A DNA stretch of 64,000 nucleotides, taken from contig OZ296656.1 of NCBI GenBank assembly GCA_965655095.1, positions 32,736,001 to 32,800,000 on the forward strand, in the 5' to 3' direction. The position numbers and the translations under genes were made by a program. The notes below the pieces were generated by a model. It was not told the DNA's origin and searched no databases. It was given only the letters and a program-made list of their open reading frames with translations. Positions 50,401 through 64,000 of the stretch are shown in pieces. Each line of letters opens with the position of its first letter. Positions within the stretch are counted from its first letter, which is position 1. This DNA is from Haplodiscus bocki. Taxonomy: Eukaryota.

Positions 50401-51300
50401 AATCTCGGCGCAATTGTGATCATAGATGAATTGTTCGAGGGAAATAAGGAAATATGAAATTTTGTGCGGAACAAAATATTCATTTGCATTTTATCATCCA
50501 TATCCAAGTGTGTCTACTAAATATAGCTGTCAATCAACGCACTGATTTGTTTTTATTAGTTTTTGCAGGACCTTGCAAGCATCTATTACAAATACTCGGC
50601 CTTGAAATATAGTTTTGTTCTGTGTAGTCGTGATTGAACTTGTAAAAATTTGCTTTACAAAGTAATTTTGAAATAGTCTCGAAAAGTTTCGGAGAAAGCT
50701 AATTTTGAGTATTGCCTCTGACATTTTGTTAAAACGCTGCAGTTTTAAACAATGTATGATACTTCAAACGGGTATATGATGATTTATGGATCAGATTGTC
50801 TGCGGAGAGTGTGTTGATTGATAACTTTGACCCGTAAAATTTGTTTTACAGGTGGGGGAGGTAATAAACTAAGGGTCAACCCAGCTGGGGTCGATTCTGA
50901 AGCGGGATCACATCAGTCACACTTATCCAATCACTCTTCTGAAGACTTTGATTACGACGATGACGACGACGATGGCAATTACTCTGAGATCCCGGAGCCC
51001 TCTGGCGACTTCTACGGGGTCAGTGGGGGCGACAGTAGCTGTGGAGGGTACGGAGATTTCCCTCGCAAGTGTAAAGTTTTGTACAGTTACGAAAAAAGCA
51101 CAGATGCTGCATTGTCAATTCAGGAAGGCGAAGTGTTGGATGTTTTGGAACCAGAAGATGATAATAATAAGGACGGGTGGACTAAAGTTCGTCGCAGGAA
51201 TTGTATCGATGATATCACAGAAGAGGGATATGTGCCCACTAGCTACATTAAGGCAATACTTGATTACCCCTCCCCAAATGTGCCAGCTTCTCCCATGTGA
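38476..51300 (+). CDS. CIP4/FNBP1/Toca-family F-BAR-HR1-SH3 protein, 4 coding exons, ~714 aa
   Basis: Exons 38476-39228, 41217-41367, 46991-47782, 50852-51300; phases 0,1,1; total 2145 nt. MSWGEKLWDKFD F-BAR start, HR1 (PPAQQKLK..YGDAKSL), SH3 (CKVLYSY..DGWTKVR..EGYVPTSYI). An upstream in-frame ATG exists at 38467. Confidence 0.93.
41909..42483. repeat. Pair of ~143-bp direct repeats (41909-42051 and 42341-42483), intronic
   Basis: ccgtgaRcaactatcaa..gtacacataatttcgcgggaatttataatatg..aactcaa present in both. Confidence 0.85.
45825..45890 (-). other. Degenerate tRNA-like or SINE-head sequence
   Basis: Minus strand has A-box-like tagatttagtgg and B-box ggttcgaatc at tRNA-like spacing; no clean cloverleaf seen. 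Confidence 0.3.
48138..48542. mobile_element. MITE with TA target site and ~24-bp TIRs
   Basis: TA|cactcattatccctcataagaaca ... tgttcgtataaaagataatgaatg|TA. Confidence 0.75.
48545..49347. mobile_element. Foldback (palindromic) Tc1/mariner-type non-autonomous element, ~381-bp arms and 40-bp spacer
   Basis: TA|CAGT...ACTG|TA ends; 48545-48925 is the reverse complement of 48966-49347 with about 10 differences by eye. Confidence 0.92.
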
Positions 51301-54300
51301 TAAAATCAAATTTAAATTCAAACCCCACTTCCTATATCTCCCGCCCAGAAATCCGCTGAGATCTTCTTGAAGTTTCTTTTGATTGGATCGTTGCACTTGA
51401 TTTAGCAAGTGCTTTGGAATCTCGTTTTTGAATTTCTATCTATCATTCAACAAAAACAGCCTGAATAGCTCGTCAAACGTCAAAAGTGCGGATTAAATCT
51501 AAAGCAGAAAGTTTATTTGTATCGCCATCAAATCAAATTAGTTTTGAAGGAAGAGTGAGTTTTTTCTGGAGAAGGTTCCAGCATACTTATTCGAAAAGTT
51601 AAACATAGTAATTCAGTTCGAGCTTCGACTGCAAGCAACTCTAAAGGAGCGTCTATTTTCTTGATCAGCCAAACAAAATGGCAAGTTTCTTTAAATTCAT
51701 ATTCTTATTTGAAGAGCAGCGCTAGAGTTTTGTCGTTTGTAACATAATTCTGTATCATTGAGGCTTTTTTTACGTACGTATGTTTGCATTTATTTTTTCT
51801 GTTGTTTTCCATTCCTCTAATAATGGCCATACATCCAAAATTTGACAATCTGGGATGACCTCGATTTTCCAGTCAAGTTAACTTTGACTGCAGCAGCTGG
51901 TAAAAATCACAGCTGTAGTCGAAAAATTCTAAGCCCAACCTGAGTATTCGTGAAACCAAAGTTGTAACTGACTCATTCGTCACCCTTTCCAATACAAACT
52001 GTCGCGGTACTTGACCTGACCTGAAGAATGCAGATCTGAACTGCTGACCTTTGTGTGAGTCTCAATCCGATACAGTCGCCGCCCCAGCGAGCACACCTTG
52101 CAAATTATCATACATTCAAGAACATTAATTCATCCTCTATTTTCATAGCGTCAAGATGTAGTGCATCAGCCTCTTTGCACTGAACTTTTTCTCCATTGTC
52201 TACTCTTCTTCATTCTCATCTCCCATTTGTATCTTTTGTGAGTAAACGCAAAATGATATGGCCTTTACCTCAGTTTCAGTAGTGTTCGCAGTATTGTTCC
52301 ACATATTCTCTTCTATTCATCAATTGTTTCTTTATTTCATCATTGAAAGCAGTCTCAATATTTGAAATTGAGAAATGTCTTGTTGAAAATAAGTGTCGCG
52401 ACGGAAATTTTGACGGAAATACTATATCAATATTCAAGCGTTTCCTCTGTACATGAAATACGACTACCTAATTAAATGCAAAAGGTACAAGATGTAGCGT
52501 TTTCTCAAAAAAAAAGAGTTCGAATATAAAATTTTGCAACGAAGTCTTCAGTTTATGTATTTATACTTTTAATCCAACCTTTCTGGGTCACTGTTTTCAA
52601 ATTCTTCAACAATGTTCAAGGCTGTTCGCTCGTCTAAAAATTTTCATCAACTGTGGTATACTTTGAATGCGAACGAGTATTTTTAACTATCGTTCAATTT
52701 TACCTCGATAAATTTCTCAAATCAGTTTGCTAATTTTTTGATTCTAAAATGCTAATTTTCCGACTGGTTTTTGAAAACTATGGATCTGAAAAACTATTAC
52801 GAACAGCCTCAGTGGTCATAAAATTCGAAGAAATACTCTTCTAACGGAGAACCGAGCTTTAATTGGGAGCCCGCATGGATGTTATTTACATCTGAGAGCA
52901 GCAACTGACGGTCGTCGAAATTCACTAACTCTTTCATAGATTCATACTACATTAGTGCTACTGGGGCTGTGCCCCACACATTTCCACAATTTCATAACTT
53001 AAATACTTGGAAAATAAACTTTGTCTCTTAGTATAGATTTATCTAATGTCGAAATAAATTGCACAAGGTTTGAGCTGCTTCAACGGTCGAATTTGTCACA
53101 TTTAGCTGTTACATTCGCTGAAGCGGAATTGTTTCTTAAGGGGGAAACGTAATGCATGCACATGTTTTTAAATTTCAGAAACCTTCGGTGACGGTGAATT
53201 TTGTTTACTGATGAAGAGGAATCAGTTCAACCTTTGAGCACAGCAATTTGGATAAGGATGATTTTTCAACATTTGTGAATAATTTTTAAAATAAACGAAT
53301 GCATTATTTTTGTTGGTGTCTCCTTGTTGCAGTTATCTTCATTATTTACATTCTATCTTCTCCAAACCTGTCTGCGAATACAGTGTCGGCGTCGCCGATT
53401 ACGCCAGTTTGTGAAATTGATAAAAAGAGATGCTATTAATTTATGATTGAATGGCCTTGAATTCAATTTATTTCCTCTAGTTTTCTCGCGTTTTTTTCAA
53501 CCATTGATTCAAAAAAGCCGAAATACTAAATTGTTTTTCGAATTCACATTGGTTTAAGCCTCCAGGATAACGGGTACAAAGAAACCAGTCGAAAAGAGCG
53601 CGCAGTCGAAAATGCGCCGAAAATTTCTTTGTTTTCTGAAATACTATTGAGATTTATTTTCGTTCGTATCTCATATACGGAAGGAAAATCATTGATTCAA
53701 CGTTCAGGTTTTTTTTACATGAAATTTGCCAATTGCTCGATGAACAAGATTCTGGCCTTATTTTTTTTTATTTCACCAAATTTTACGTGAAATTCACCTA
53801 ATATAGTAGCATTTCTCAAAATGTTTTTTTTTTTTGCAAAAATTTAGGTTTTTTTTAGTTTTAAGGCAAATTTTGGTAAATGTTCTGGTATTTTGTGGTT
53901 CGATTTACGTTTCTTTCAAAGCTTGTTCTCAGGATTGGATGATGGAAAATATCCTGGGAATTTGCCGGTCGTCTTGTATAAAATTCATTCAAAATAAAAT
54001 TCGATTCTTTAATTTGAGTAGTCGAAGCTGATTTGTACAGTAAGTGACCAGGGATCAAACTGAGGAGGGGTGAGCATTGAGGAAACCCGCGTAGGGATTA
54101 GTTTTTTGGTTAAAGCACCTGTGTGCAATCACATAAAATATAATGTACCTATTTGCCTTTTAGTAGGAAAAATAATTATATGCAATTGCGAATATTCTTG
54201 ATGCCATTTTCTTCAAAGTTTTAACTTTGCAGTGGGAGGTTTTGTGAACTTTTGGAAGTCCTTAAAAACTTTCTGAATAAATTGAAAAATTACGGGCGGA

Positions 54301-54573
54301 AAAGGACGTTATTCTGCATCTTACGAAACAAATTTTTAGTGGTCAGTAGCGGCTCAGCGCAGAGTAGAGCGTTCACTAAAAATAGTGTGGATATAGAGCT
54401 ATAGAATAGTTCTCCTAAATAAAAAGAGACGAGTTTATCTGTCACCTAAGGTTTTGAATAGTAGTATATTTTCAGAAGTGTTTGTTGGTTTTTCAGATGC
54501 GAGTAGTTGCCCCTACAGAAGTGGAGAATTTCGGAAATCTAGACTTCGTGCTACTGGTTGATTCGTAAGTGAA

Positions 54574-56464
54574 ATGGATGAGAAGAGGCATCAACTAGGT
54601 AAAACCAATGTTGGTGACAAGGAGCAAAGCATTTTTGATGGATGTGTAATCTTGGCACCCATGGTGCGTATCTCAAAATTGCCTATGCGACTGCTGGCAT
54701 TGGATTATGGGGCAGATTTCGTCTTTACTGAAGAAATAATAGACCGCCGTCTAATCGGATGTACCGTGCGGCGAAATGAAAGCCTTCAATGTACAGACTT
54801 TTTAGAACCTGACTGCACCCTAATTCTTCGAATTCACGACTGCGAGAAGTCGAAACTGTTCGTACAGTTAGGAACTGCTTGTGCTGAAAATGCTGTGAAA
54901 GCCGCCAAGACTGTGGAACCTTTTTGTTTTGGAGTGGATGTCAATATGGGGTGTCCAAAATCGTTTTCAGTATCCGGAGGTATGGGTGCTGCGCTTCTCT
55001 CAAAGCCGGCTGTAGCTGAAGAGATAATGTCAAGTTTGGTTTCGAACTGCCTGGATTTGGTTGTGACGTGCAAAATTAGGTTACTTCCTGAAAAAGGAAC
55101 TACGCCTGAAAAAGGAATTGAGTTCATGCAAATGTTAGAATCCTGTGGAGTTCGAGCAATAACAGTTCATGGGCGGTATCCAACAGAGAGACCGAAAAAT
55201 CAAGTTCATCTGGATTTAATCAGGGAGTACGCATCGGTAGTTAACGTACCTGTAATAGCCAATGGATTATCAGGAAGTAGAGAAGATTTGGGGGCGTTTA
55301 CAAATCTTGGTCTGATTAAGAAGGAAACTGGATGCTCGGCTGTTATGGTTGCAAGAAATGCAATGTGGAATTGTTCAATTTTTCAATGTTTTTCGAAGCT
55401 CAAAGTAGGTCAGTTTTCTCCAACTGATGAATGCTCTCATGATTTGAAGAATTACATGCTTTCGGAGAAAATAACGGTTGCGAAAGAACTTTTAAAGTAC
55501 TGCATCGTTTATAATTTTCCATCTCAATATTTCAAATATGCCCTGCTGAATTCTATTGGAGGGGATCCGTTCGTTGATCGAGTGAAAAACACGACCTTGA
55601 TGTCTGAAATAAGCGCTGTTTTTGGCCTTGAAGATTTCTATCGCTCTCAATCTGTTGCATCAGAGACGAATACATCTGCCCAAATAGGTGATAATGTAGA
55701 AGCCAAAAGACTGAAACTAACTCCCGACTGTTCTGGACGACGAACAGTTTCATTCAGCTTCCATTTTGAGTACAGCAAATACCGGAAAATGTTGCCAGTG
55801 CCGCCTAAAACGGTTTTACAAGAGTTAATGTTCGAAAAAATCCCAGGCGCAATAAAGGCAAAGTTTGTGACTGAACCCTTCCAAGATTCAAGGTGGAAAG
55901 CCGTGTGTGTTCTGGGTAAACACTCTTTTGAGTCCTCACATTGCGAAAGGAATAAAAAGCACGCTGAACAAGTTCGTTCGTATTGACAATGTTCAAAATA
56001 TTTTTTTTTCGAACGAAGTGATAGTTACTGAGACGAATATCTCAAATGCACCTCTTGGAATGACTCATGTTTCCACAGTCCTTTTTGGGTGAATTTTGGT
56101 TGAGCTTTCAGTCGTTTATGCGTTAATTACGACTGTGTTCTGAAAACTTAATGATTAGTATAATTTGACAAACTTTGACTTTGTGCTTGTAACAGAAAAG
56201 ATGTTGGGCTCAATATTCGGACTTTAAAACACAATTGTCTGTTATTTGTAGGGTGCGGCCGCGGTTGCTTTGATTGGAATGGGTGTTCGAGACTACAGAC
56301 TGAACCAAATCTACCGCAACGAAGCCGCTCTCTTACATCTCATGACGTCACCCAATGCTTTATCAAATTCAACCAATGAAACTTCGTTTGATGGCGAAAA
56401 CGGCAATCGAAAACAAGTTCGCTTATGTGTTCACGACAGCATTTTTGATTGGTTCGAAGCTTGA
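54574..56464 (+). CDS. DUS2: tRNA-dihydrouridine(20) synthase DUS2-like, 2 exons, 536 aa
   Basis: Exons 54574-55971 and 56252-56464 (phase 0). ILAPMVR, LALDYGAD, DVNMGCPK (catalytic Cys), TCKIR, TVHGR, VIANG, VMVAR, and a C-terminal dsRBD (PKTVLQE..KKHAEQ/GAAAVAL) characteristic of animal DUS2. Confidence 0.93.
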
Positions 56465-59400
56465 AAAAAAATTAAATTGATGGCTTAAAATGAGACGCAG
56501 GAAAGATGTGACATAGGTGAATAATCAAGATGAGAAAGGAAATTGTACAGATGAATTTGGCAGGGCATGTCAGAACTGGAGATTTGTTGCACAAAGCAAA
56601 GAGAAAGCGAAGGAATGCGGTAGTATTCTCAGTAATTCAATATGTACGTCATATATGCATCACTGAAATGGTACTGTTTCAATTGCGACATCGATAGTTG
56701 TCTATAAGAGAGTCTATAATGGAAGTAAAGAAGTTCTCCTGCTAGAGAGATATGCGGACATTATCAAAATTGGAAAGTTTTTAGTGGTGGAAAAATTTAC
56801 TGGTTTTGGAAAGGTCCTATTGTCTACGAAACTAATATTTGTGTTCATATCGTTTTCAGATAAATTGTTCAGCGATAGTTGAATTCAATTTTTCGCAATT
56901 CGTGCAATCTAAGTTGAACGTTTTAACGACCAATAAATAAATTTGAGCAGTTTCAATATCTGAATGATGCAGTCTAGTTTAAAGAAGTTTGACCTACTTG
57001 AATTTATGAAAGTAATTATCATAGCACTCTGAAACATCAATTTATGACAATTGGTATTATGGCTAATTTTGTACGGTTACTCATTTTACTAACCTACATA
57101 ATCATTTATAAATACTTCAGGTAAAATCCAGATTTTAGACCTATTTTTGCAACAACACAAATTATGAAACTTTGACTTTTTTGACTACCACGGCAAGAGC
57201 TGTCTTTTTGCAGCTTTTGCGAATAACTTGAAAACACCTACAATGCTTTTAGTTTGGCGGTAAATTTTTTCATTATGCTGCCCTTGCATTTAACGAAATT
57301 TTTCGAGAATGCAACTACCGTAAGTTTCTATGAGATCATCAGTTCTAAAAAAATCAAAAATATTTTGGGCTCCGCAGATATTTGTGGAACTTTTCTTGCG
57401 CAACCAAATGTGAGCCTTCCCGGCTTGTTACGCTGGCAACGGCAGCTTATTACGATCCACGTTTCTTTTGGCCGGCGTAGACAACTCGCATTAATTGATT
57501 GATAGCCTGTGCTCGTTCAACTCCTTTCTGCTTTCGAAATTCCAAATGTCAAGAATCGGGGTCTCACGCGTTTTTTGCCCAAAATGCTCCGAAACTAATC
57601 ATTTTCTGGGTAAAACTGATTGAAAGCTCAGTATTTCTTAACCTGTGACGGATTTTTCTGATTTTTGGACGAAGTTTATGGCGAGAATCGACTGCATCAC
57701 CGACTAAATTTTGATGGCGGTCCAACACTTTTTCGCTGGGTTATTTGCCAAAAGAATTGGAAATTCCTGATTTTTTTTGGCTACTTCGACGATATGTCTA
57801 ATCAAAAGAAGTCTTTATGTATGTTGGCCCTTAAATTTGATGCATTTTGTACACGGTTAATGTGGCGCCTCAGCTTTATCACGTAGCAATTTTTGGTTTA
57901 AGCGCGAAAATTTTTGATTGGTTTTTGCTATGGAAACAGGAAAATCTAGAATTTTTGGGCTATTTTTGTCGAATTTCAGCTTTCTGTCTTAGGAGCTTAA
58001 TCCAACAACCACCCTATGTTCAGCAGAGGAGTAACACGGATACTTTAATGTAATAAAAAATTTCGTTCGTGCAGAATATTTTTCGTCAGTTTTTTTGCAG
58101 ACTAAACTTCAACATCGAGCAATTATTGGCTCTTTTGAATTTTTCTCACAGGGTAGTCCTATACCGTCGGAGCTACGCTCAACAACAACCCATTTTAACA
58201 GAAAGTTTTCGATGAAACTGATGCAGTACATACTACGTATTGGTCGAGTTCACTTTTGCGGAGAAAAATGTGAAGTCGGTCAATGTTGAACACTTTCAGA
58301 TGTGAATCCTTAACTTTATAGCAACTCCTTGTGTAAAAGTGGTTTCAATTCAATGATTATGACCAGTTTTCCGCTTTTTGATAATTTTTTGCAGCGTTCC
58401 TAGCAAAAAATCCCTTAGTGACCATGTTTTGGCGTTTGTGTAACCTGTCGTAACGTTTCAGGTTACCAATTTACTGCATCTTTTTTGAATTGCTTGATTT
58501 GCGGAGCTCCGTTTGGCCTTTGTATATATACTTGCGACGGGAGTGGATCAAACAGAGCTCGTGTATTTTGGTTGACCGGAAAGTTTTACTCCGTTTTTCT
58601 GGTCGCATAAAACTCGCACTTATTCTGGAATTCTGATATTTTCCCTGATTTCTTTCATGCTGTTTTGCTTTCCGTTTGAAAGTTGTTCATACCGTCTCGC
58701 TCTCCCTTTCACCTCTGTTCACGTGTCCTTTTTTAACGGAGTAATACTGTGATTTCTCCAGCTAATGGGCTGAAAATAGACTGATGAATCAGGGAAGTCT
58801 TATTTCCTGCGAAATTTTTCTTGACTTATATTTTCAAATTCATAAATATTTTAGCGCCTGCTTCCATAAGTTTTTCAAAAACTAACTGTTCGATTGCAAG
58901 CATCTTGAGCCCTTTGGAAACTCGGCAAAACGGCGTATCTTATGAAGTTAGGGTGTTCTGCTTCAAACTTTTCCAGCGAATTTTCGTGACTCGTAGTTTG
59001 AAATTCGAATTTTTGCGATTTCATATTTTTTCGATGCCGTTTCCCTCGAAAATTACTTTTTTTAGTCCATTCAGTTAACAGTGTGTGGAATTTTTGGAGT
59101 ACGCTCTCTTTTTCCTGCCTGGCATGATTTTGCATTTTTATTTTGTTCGAAGTCTTTTTGATTGTGTGTTTTGCAAAATTTACTTTGCGGAGTCTACCGG
59201 TTGGATTGAAGCCACCCAAGGATTGTAGTCACTCAAGAGCCTCAATATGGAGAATCTGCATGGAAGAAGAAATGTCGTATTTTATACTTTTGAGTTTGTT
59301 TTTTCTTGTATTTCGAGTATTTTTCAGCTTGCGTCCTTTTCTCAAAGTTGTTTTTATTAAAGAATGTGGGTCGGATGGGAGCCATCGAATGCACACTCAA

Positions 59401-62400
59401 AAGTTGTATATTTGAAACGCTGTTTAGTACCACAGCCATCCTCTGTCAAGTTTATCGCGCGTCTTTTCTTGACCTTTGCTTTGGATTCTGGAAAATTTCA
59501 GTTGCACTGTTTTTGAAGGTTGATTTTTCCGAAAACCATTGTTTGTGTTCCGGCAATCTGCTGATTCCGGCATCTGATGATATATGGAATTGCTGCTGTC
59601 GGCTCTTTGCATTGCGACTGGTGTTTTGTAAAGTTTGCTCTAACGAAAATTTGCAAGAATCAAGTGAGCCATTAGTCGATGCCGTTTCCCACCTTCGTCG
59701 CCAGTGTATGCGAAGTGCAGCGTGGCCTCTGTGTTTGAGGCGGGTAATGGGAGCTGTTTTAGGAATAAAATTTGTTTTTTGCCTGGCCACCGACACTTGG
59801 AATTTTTTAATTATTCATTTTTACTTGCTTGGCATGTAGTATTGTTGCTTCGGTCACAATAGAGGCCGGAACTGAGTTAATTTTTAGTAAGGCATTTTTC
59901 GCCTTGTTATTTTGTGGCGAATAGTATAGAGACCTATGAAATGGATAGTCAAGTCTTCATTTTTTTCGGATGCAGTTTTTTTCCTTGGCTGATCAGCTAG
60001 CATTGATCTACTTTTAATTGAGCTACTCGCACTTCGGGATATCTACTGAAAGCCACCGATCTCCCTTTTATACGTTATCCGGAAAATTATTAATTCATTT
60101 AAAACTTGAAGCTCTATTTTCAGCAATGTCTTGAGAAAGTTTTCCTGGAAACCATTGATTGGCTGGCAATCCTTTGTTGTTAATGCCATTACTTGCATTT
60201 GGTTAGTGTCATGGATCTTCGTTTTCATTATGTGGAAGATTTCACCGAATTCAAACACCACTTTTTTGGAAACAGCAGATTGATCTCCTCGAAAGAGATT
60301 TACTTGAACACTATTGATCGATAAGGGTTCAATCATAGCTCCCGACGCGTAGCCAGCTTTGCCTCTATGTTTCACTTGCGATAGCAAGTGTCATTAATGA
60401 GACGGCTGTACTGTTCTCCGAGCGTTGACAACTCTATTCGTTTGCGTGCACTTCGCGTGTCTGCTGCTTTCTGAAATTGATTGGCGCGAAGAGTTTTGGC
60501 CACAACTTCCTTGCTTCTAGCTTATGTACGTACCATAGTTCTCGGTAGCCTACAACTTTTGTATTATAATTCGCATATCCGCCATTTTGCAGTGAATAAA
60601 CTACAAATCCCATTGTCTACCAGAGACAATATAAATTGTTGTCTTCCATGCTCTTTTCGAACGGATCGCGGGTCAGCTTTCAGAAACTTTATATTATACG
60701 CAACGTTTTTGTAATACATCCACATTTTTGCAGAATTTCAGATTGCATTGATTCATGGCTGATTGAAAAGGTTGCCGGAGGATTGAAACCAGGCAAGAAG
60801 AGATGTCCGTTCTGATTATGCTTACATTAATCACGTCCTTTTTGAAAACTTTTTCTCTCGAAAACTACCGGTTGCATTGATACCATTAGTAATGAAATAA
60901 TAGCCCGCATTAAGGAGAACCTCGAGTTGCAGAGTTGTTTTTTTGCCGAATTTTTATTGCGAAATTTTTCGACTTGTGGATTGAAATTATGACTTTTTAA
61001 TTCGGGTCTTCTTGGAATTGTTTTGCTCAGTAGACAATTGGGCGGAATGCGGCCATCCAGTAAAGAATCAAAAGAACTCAATATAGACAACGGGGAGAGA
61101 AAACCCATGTTCTGGTTCTTTTTTTCAAAACTCCTTTATTTGTAATTTGATTTTCCTGGGAGAACTGTGCCCCTTTTGCAAGATGTATTTGTCAAAAACT
61201 ACTGACGGAATCCGGTCATCTAGTCCTCATTCGGAGACTTGCCGGGAAGGTTGTTTGAGAAACATGATTGATGGGTTGTCCCATTTTTTGGTAGTCATTC
61301 GTGCATTTCAAAATTTCGGAAGATGTCTGGTTGTTTTTTCAAAAGTTTCGCGTCTCAGGCTTTTTCGTCCATGCAATCTCAACTTAAATCCTGGTCAGTT
61401 GGGTTCATTTTAAGTAGCCTTGTTCTCCAATGCCGTTTTGACCAGTTGAAAATTTTTGTAGAATTCGCCATAACGAAAAGTTGAGTACGATTTTCGTCGC
61501 TGGGCAATTAATCGATGCCATTTCGCACCTTCTCGCAAGTGTATGTAAAGCATAGCTTCGCCTCTGTGTGTATTTTTGCTTTTTGCAGTTTTTGAACAAG
61601 TTTGACTAAATTAAGTGATACGTGAGCGGATAAAATTGGTCATCGCAGAGTGCGTTCAAAAATGGTAGATTTTCTATAAGAACAGTTTTAAAAATTTTAA
61701 AGAATAAAAGGTCTTGAATTTCCCGCAAAATGCGTTTAAGAAGGTGGTAAGCCACATTAATGTGGTTTAAGCGAAATTGAGTGTTATCAACGAGAAAACT
61801 TTTCGTTGCCAAAACACGCCTCCGATTTTTCTGGAAACTTTTTTCAGAATGCTCGTCGTTGGCGAAAACTATCCCTGAAGTATCCGGACGTCTTGTATAA
61901 TATTTTGCTGAAGTTTATTCCAGTTCTTTTGCAGATCATAGGGAGCTAGACGACCGGCTGCCATCGGAATTTGCTTCATTCAAAGTTTCATCTAGTTTTC
62001 TCACAATGGTTTTTTTGGCAATTAATTGCATTCAGTGTTTGTGTGAAAGAAACGTGGGGAACTTTTTTATTCATTGAAAATTAAGTTTGAATACACATTT
62101 GGCAAGTTGTGAGGAAAAGATTCCTCTGCATGGCACTATATAAGACTTAAAATCAATAAATTTCTTCACAGATGATTAAAAATAGCTCGATTTTCAAGTT
62201 TATTTGTGCAAAAAACCCATCGAAAAATTTTCCCACTCAACGAGAACTTTGTTGGTGATGGCACTGGGTCGCCATATTGAACCTGTCCAATTTTCATCTC
62301 ATCTGGAGGCCTATATACGAAAGGAAAACGCCTTCTAGTCAAATGTAGTCGATGTAGCAAAAGTAGATCGAATTTAAAATTTCGTTTGCAAAAAGAACCA

Positions 62401-64000
62401 TCGAAAAAATGTTGCGCCGCAACCTAACTTTTGTTGGCGATACATTATTCTTGCTGTCAAATTTTTGCCAAACGCTGATGAATCCGTCAAATAGGTCAGA
62501 ACATATTGAGTTTTGAAGAAAAGGTTCGACTTGAAAGCGGAACGGAATTTTTTCAAAAATTGCGTGTGAATTTTCTAGAATTTGGGTCTAAAGGGTTTTC
62601 GGTCCGCTTCCGCAATGCTCGCCTAAAAGTGCCCACGGCGAGAGAAGGATTTCCCCCATTTTGAAATATGGCGGAAAATGACTGTGAAATTGTAAAAAGC
62701 GAGAATTTTTTTGTCCTTTTCTGAAATCAATCTGGCAAATAGATAACGAACATCCAGTGAATTGACTCGTGTATGGATTTTTGGAACATTTCTTGATTTA
62801 GTGGAAGAAGTCTCTTGCGTTCCAAAGATTTCATTTCGCGGATGAAGAACAAGTTTCTACGGGACCTGAATTTAATGGTGGCGCCAGAATCTATAACCCA
62901 AAGTTGAGTAACCTTCGGTCGGGATTCTAGGTTTTCCAAAAACTCAGAAAGTAGCATTAGTAACCGCTTTAATGTATTCCGTGTATCGGTGCTACCAAAA
63001 CCGTGTATTGCGATCCGAAATGTACCGATATCAGTACAGTGTGTAATTCAAGTTGCGAAGAGTAGTAACATTGTGCTAAATGTGAAAAAGCTTCATGGAA
63101 AAAGTCTCTCTCATCTTTAAAGAAATGATCAAAAGCAAACTTCAACTGGATGCATTTTGGAAGGTACTACTATTTTCAGCAACGATAATTCATCTTACCT
63201 GGTCCTTTTAACCTGAAAAATCGGAGGATCTTTTTTTAGTGGGCGTACCTTAACCGTGTTTCCCATTTAATGTTAATGGAACTTTCAAAAGGTGAAGGTA
63301 GCAACCAAACAAATATGAGTCTTTTGAAGTGATTGGGAGAGACAAAGTACATCGGAATTAGGCGGCTTAAGCATTGCTAATTGGAGGTTTACAAAATCAG
63401 TGAGGTCCTTTAAATTTTACAATTCTCTTCCCTGATCAACTCTTAATTCCGCCATCCTATGCAGCTCTGAGTCTCCTTTGATTTTGAACTGAAGGATTGT
63501 TTTTGAGCTTGAAAATTGTTTTAGGTGTGACAAGTTTCTATCCAAACCTGATGCGTTTTCGGAGATACATTCTTTTTGACGGATAGATGTGTTGTTGTTC
63601 AAGCTTTACATAAGCATTTCCTAAATTAAATTTAGTCGTACCACGACCGAAAAATAAATGCATTCAAGTTAAATTTTTGTGCATCGCAACGAATTTTGAT
63701 GAATTTGTATTTAATCGCATAAATTCAAAAAGGTGCTCATAGCACTTCTTTTTTTAACGGGCTCTGAGCGAAATTTTTTGACCAATGAAATAGTCCAAAC
63801 TTTGGAGCAACGTGTGAGAAATTCCAGAAATTCTGTGCCAACTTATTTGAAGATGATGTGTTTTTTACTTTCCATGGACAATTGCTTTGTTCCCGGATGT
63901 CCTCATTTTCTCTAGGAAGGGTTGTAAAACTTCCAGGTTTTCAACATTATAACATGTTTTTATTTTGAAAAATCCTGTTTTTGAATCAAATATTTTTTAT

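Noticed and set aside
56500-64000. ORFs such as 59306-59839 and 60043-60387
   Set aside because: F/K/L-rich translations of AT-rich decayed repeats, with no coding signature.

Overview
AT-rich eukaryotic (animal-like) genomic DNA with spliced genes; no prokaryotic features. Left part (1-13315): end of a head-to-tail array of a ~1608-bp unit. Its last copy is interrupted by a 4.56-kb minus-strand CR1/L2-group LINE with an (AAC)n tail and a ~10-bp TSD. This LINE has three ORFs: an SGNH-esterase-like ORF0, a PHD/coiled-coil/RRM ORF1, and an APE-RT ORF2 that has no AUG and follows ORF1 in frame across one UGA-CUA stop, suggesting readthrough. Four plus-strand genes were reconstructed with phase-consistent GT-AG junctions: NT5C2-like 5'-nucleotidase (14433-18694), an unrecognised secreted protein with five Cys-paired repeats and a Thr-rich linker (30994-35545), an F-BAR/HR1/SH3 CIP4/FNBP1/Toca protein (38476-51300) and DUS2 (54574-56464). 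A decayed RTE-like LINE with a 2A-like DIHPNPGP motif (21247-24410) is nested in a MITE whose empty paralog lies at ~30.4 kb. An ~800-bp foldback element and other MITEs sit in introns. 56.5-64 kb looks like old repeats only. All calls were made by eye, without database searches.
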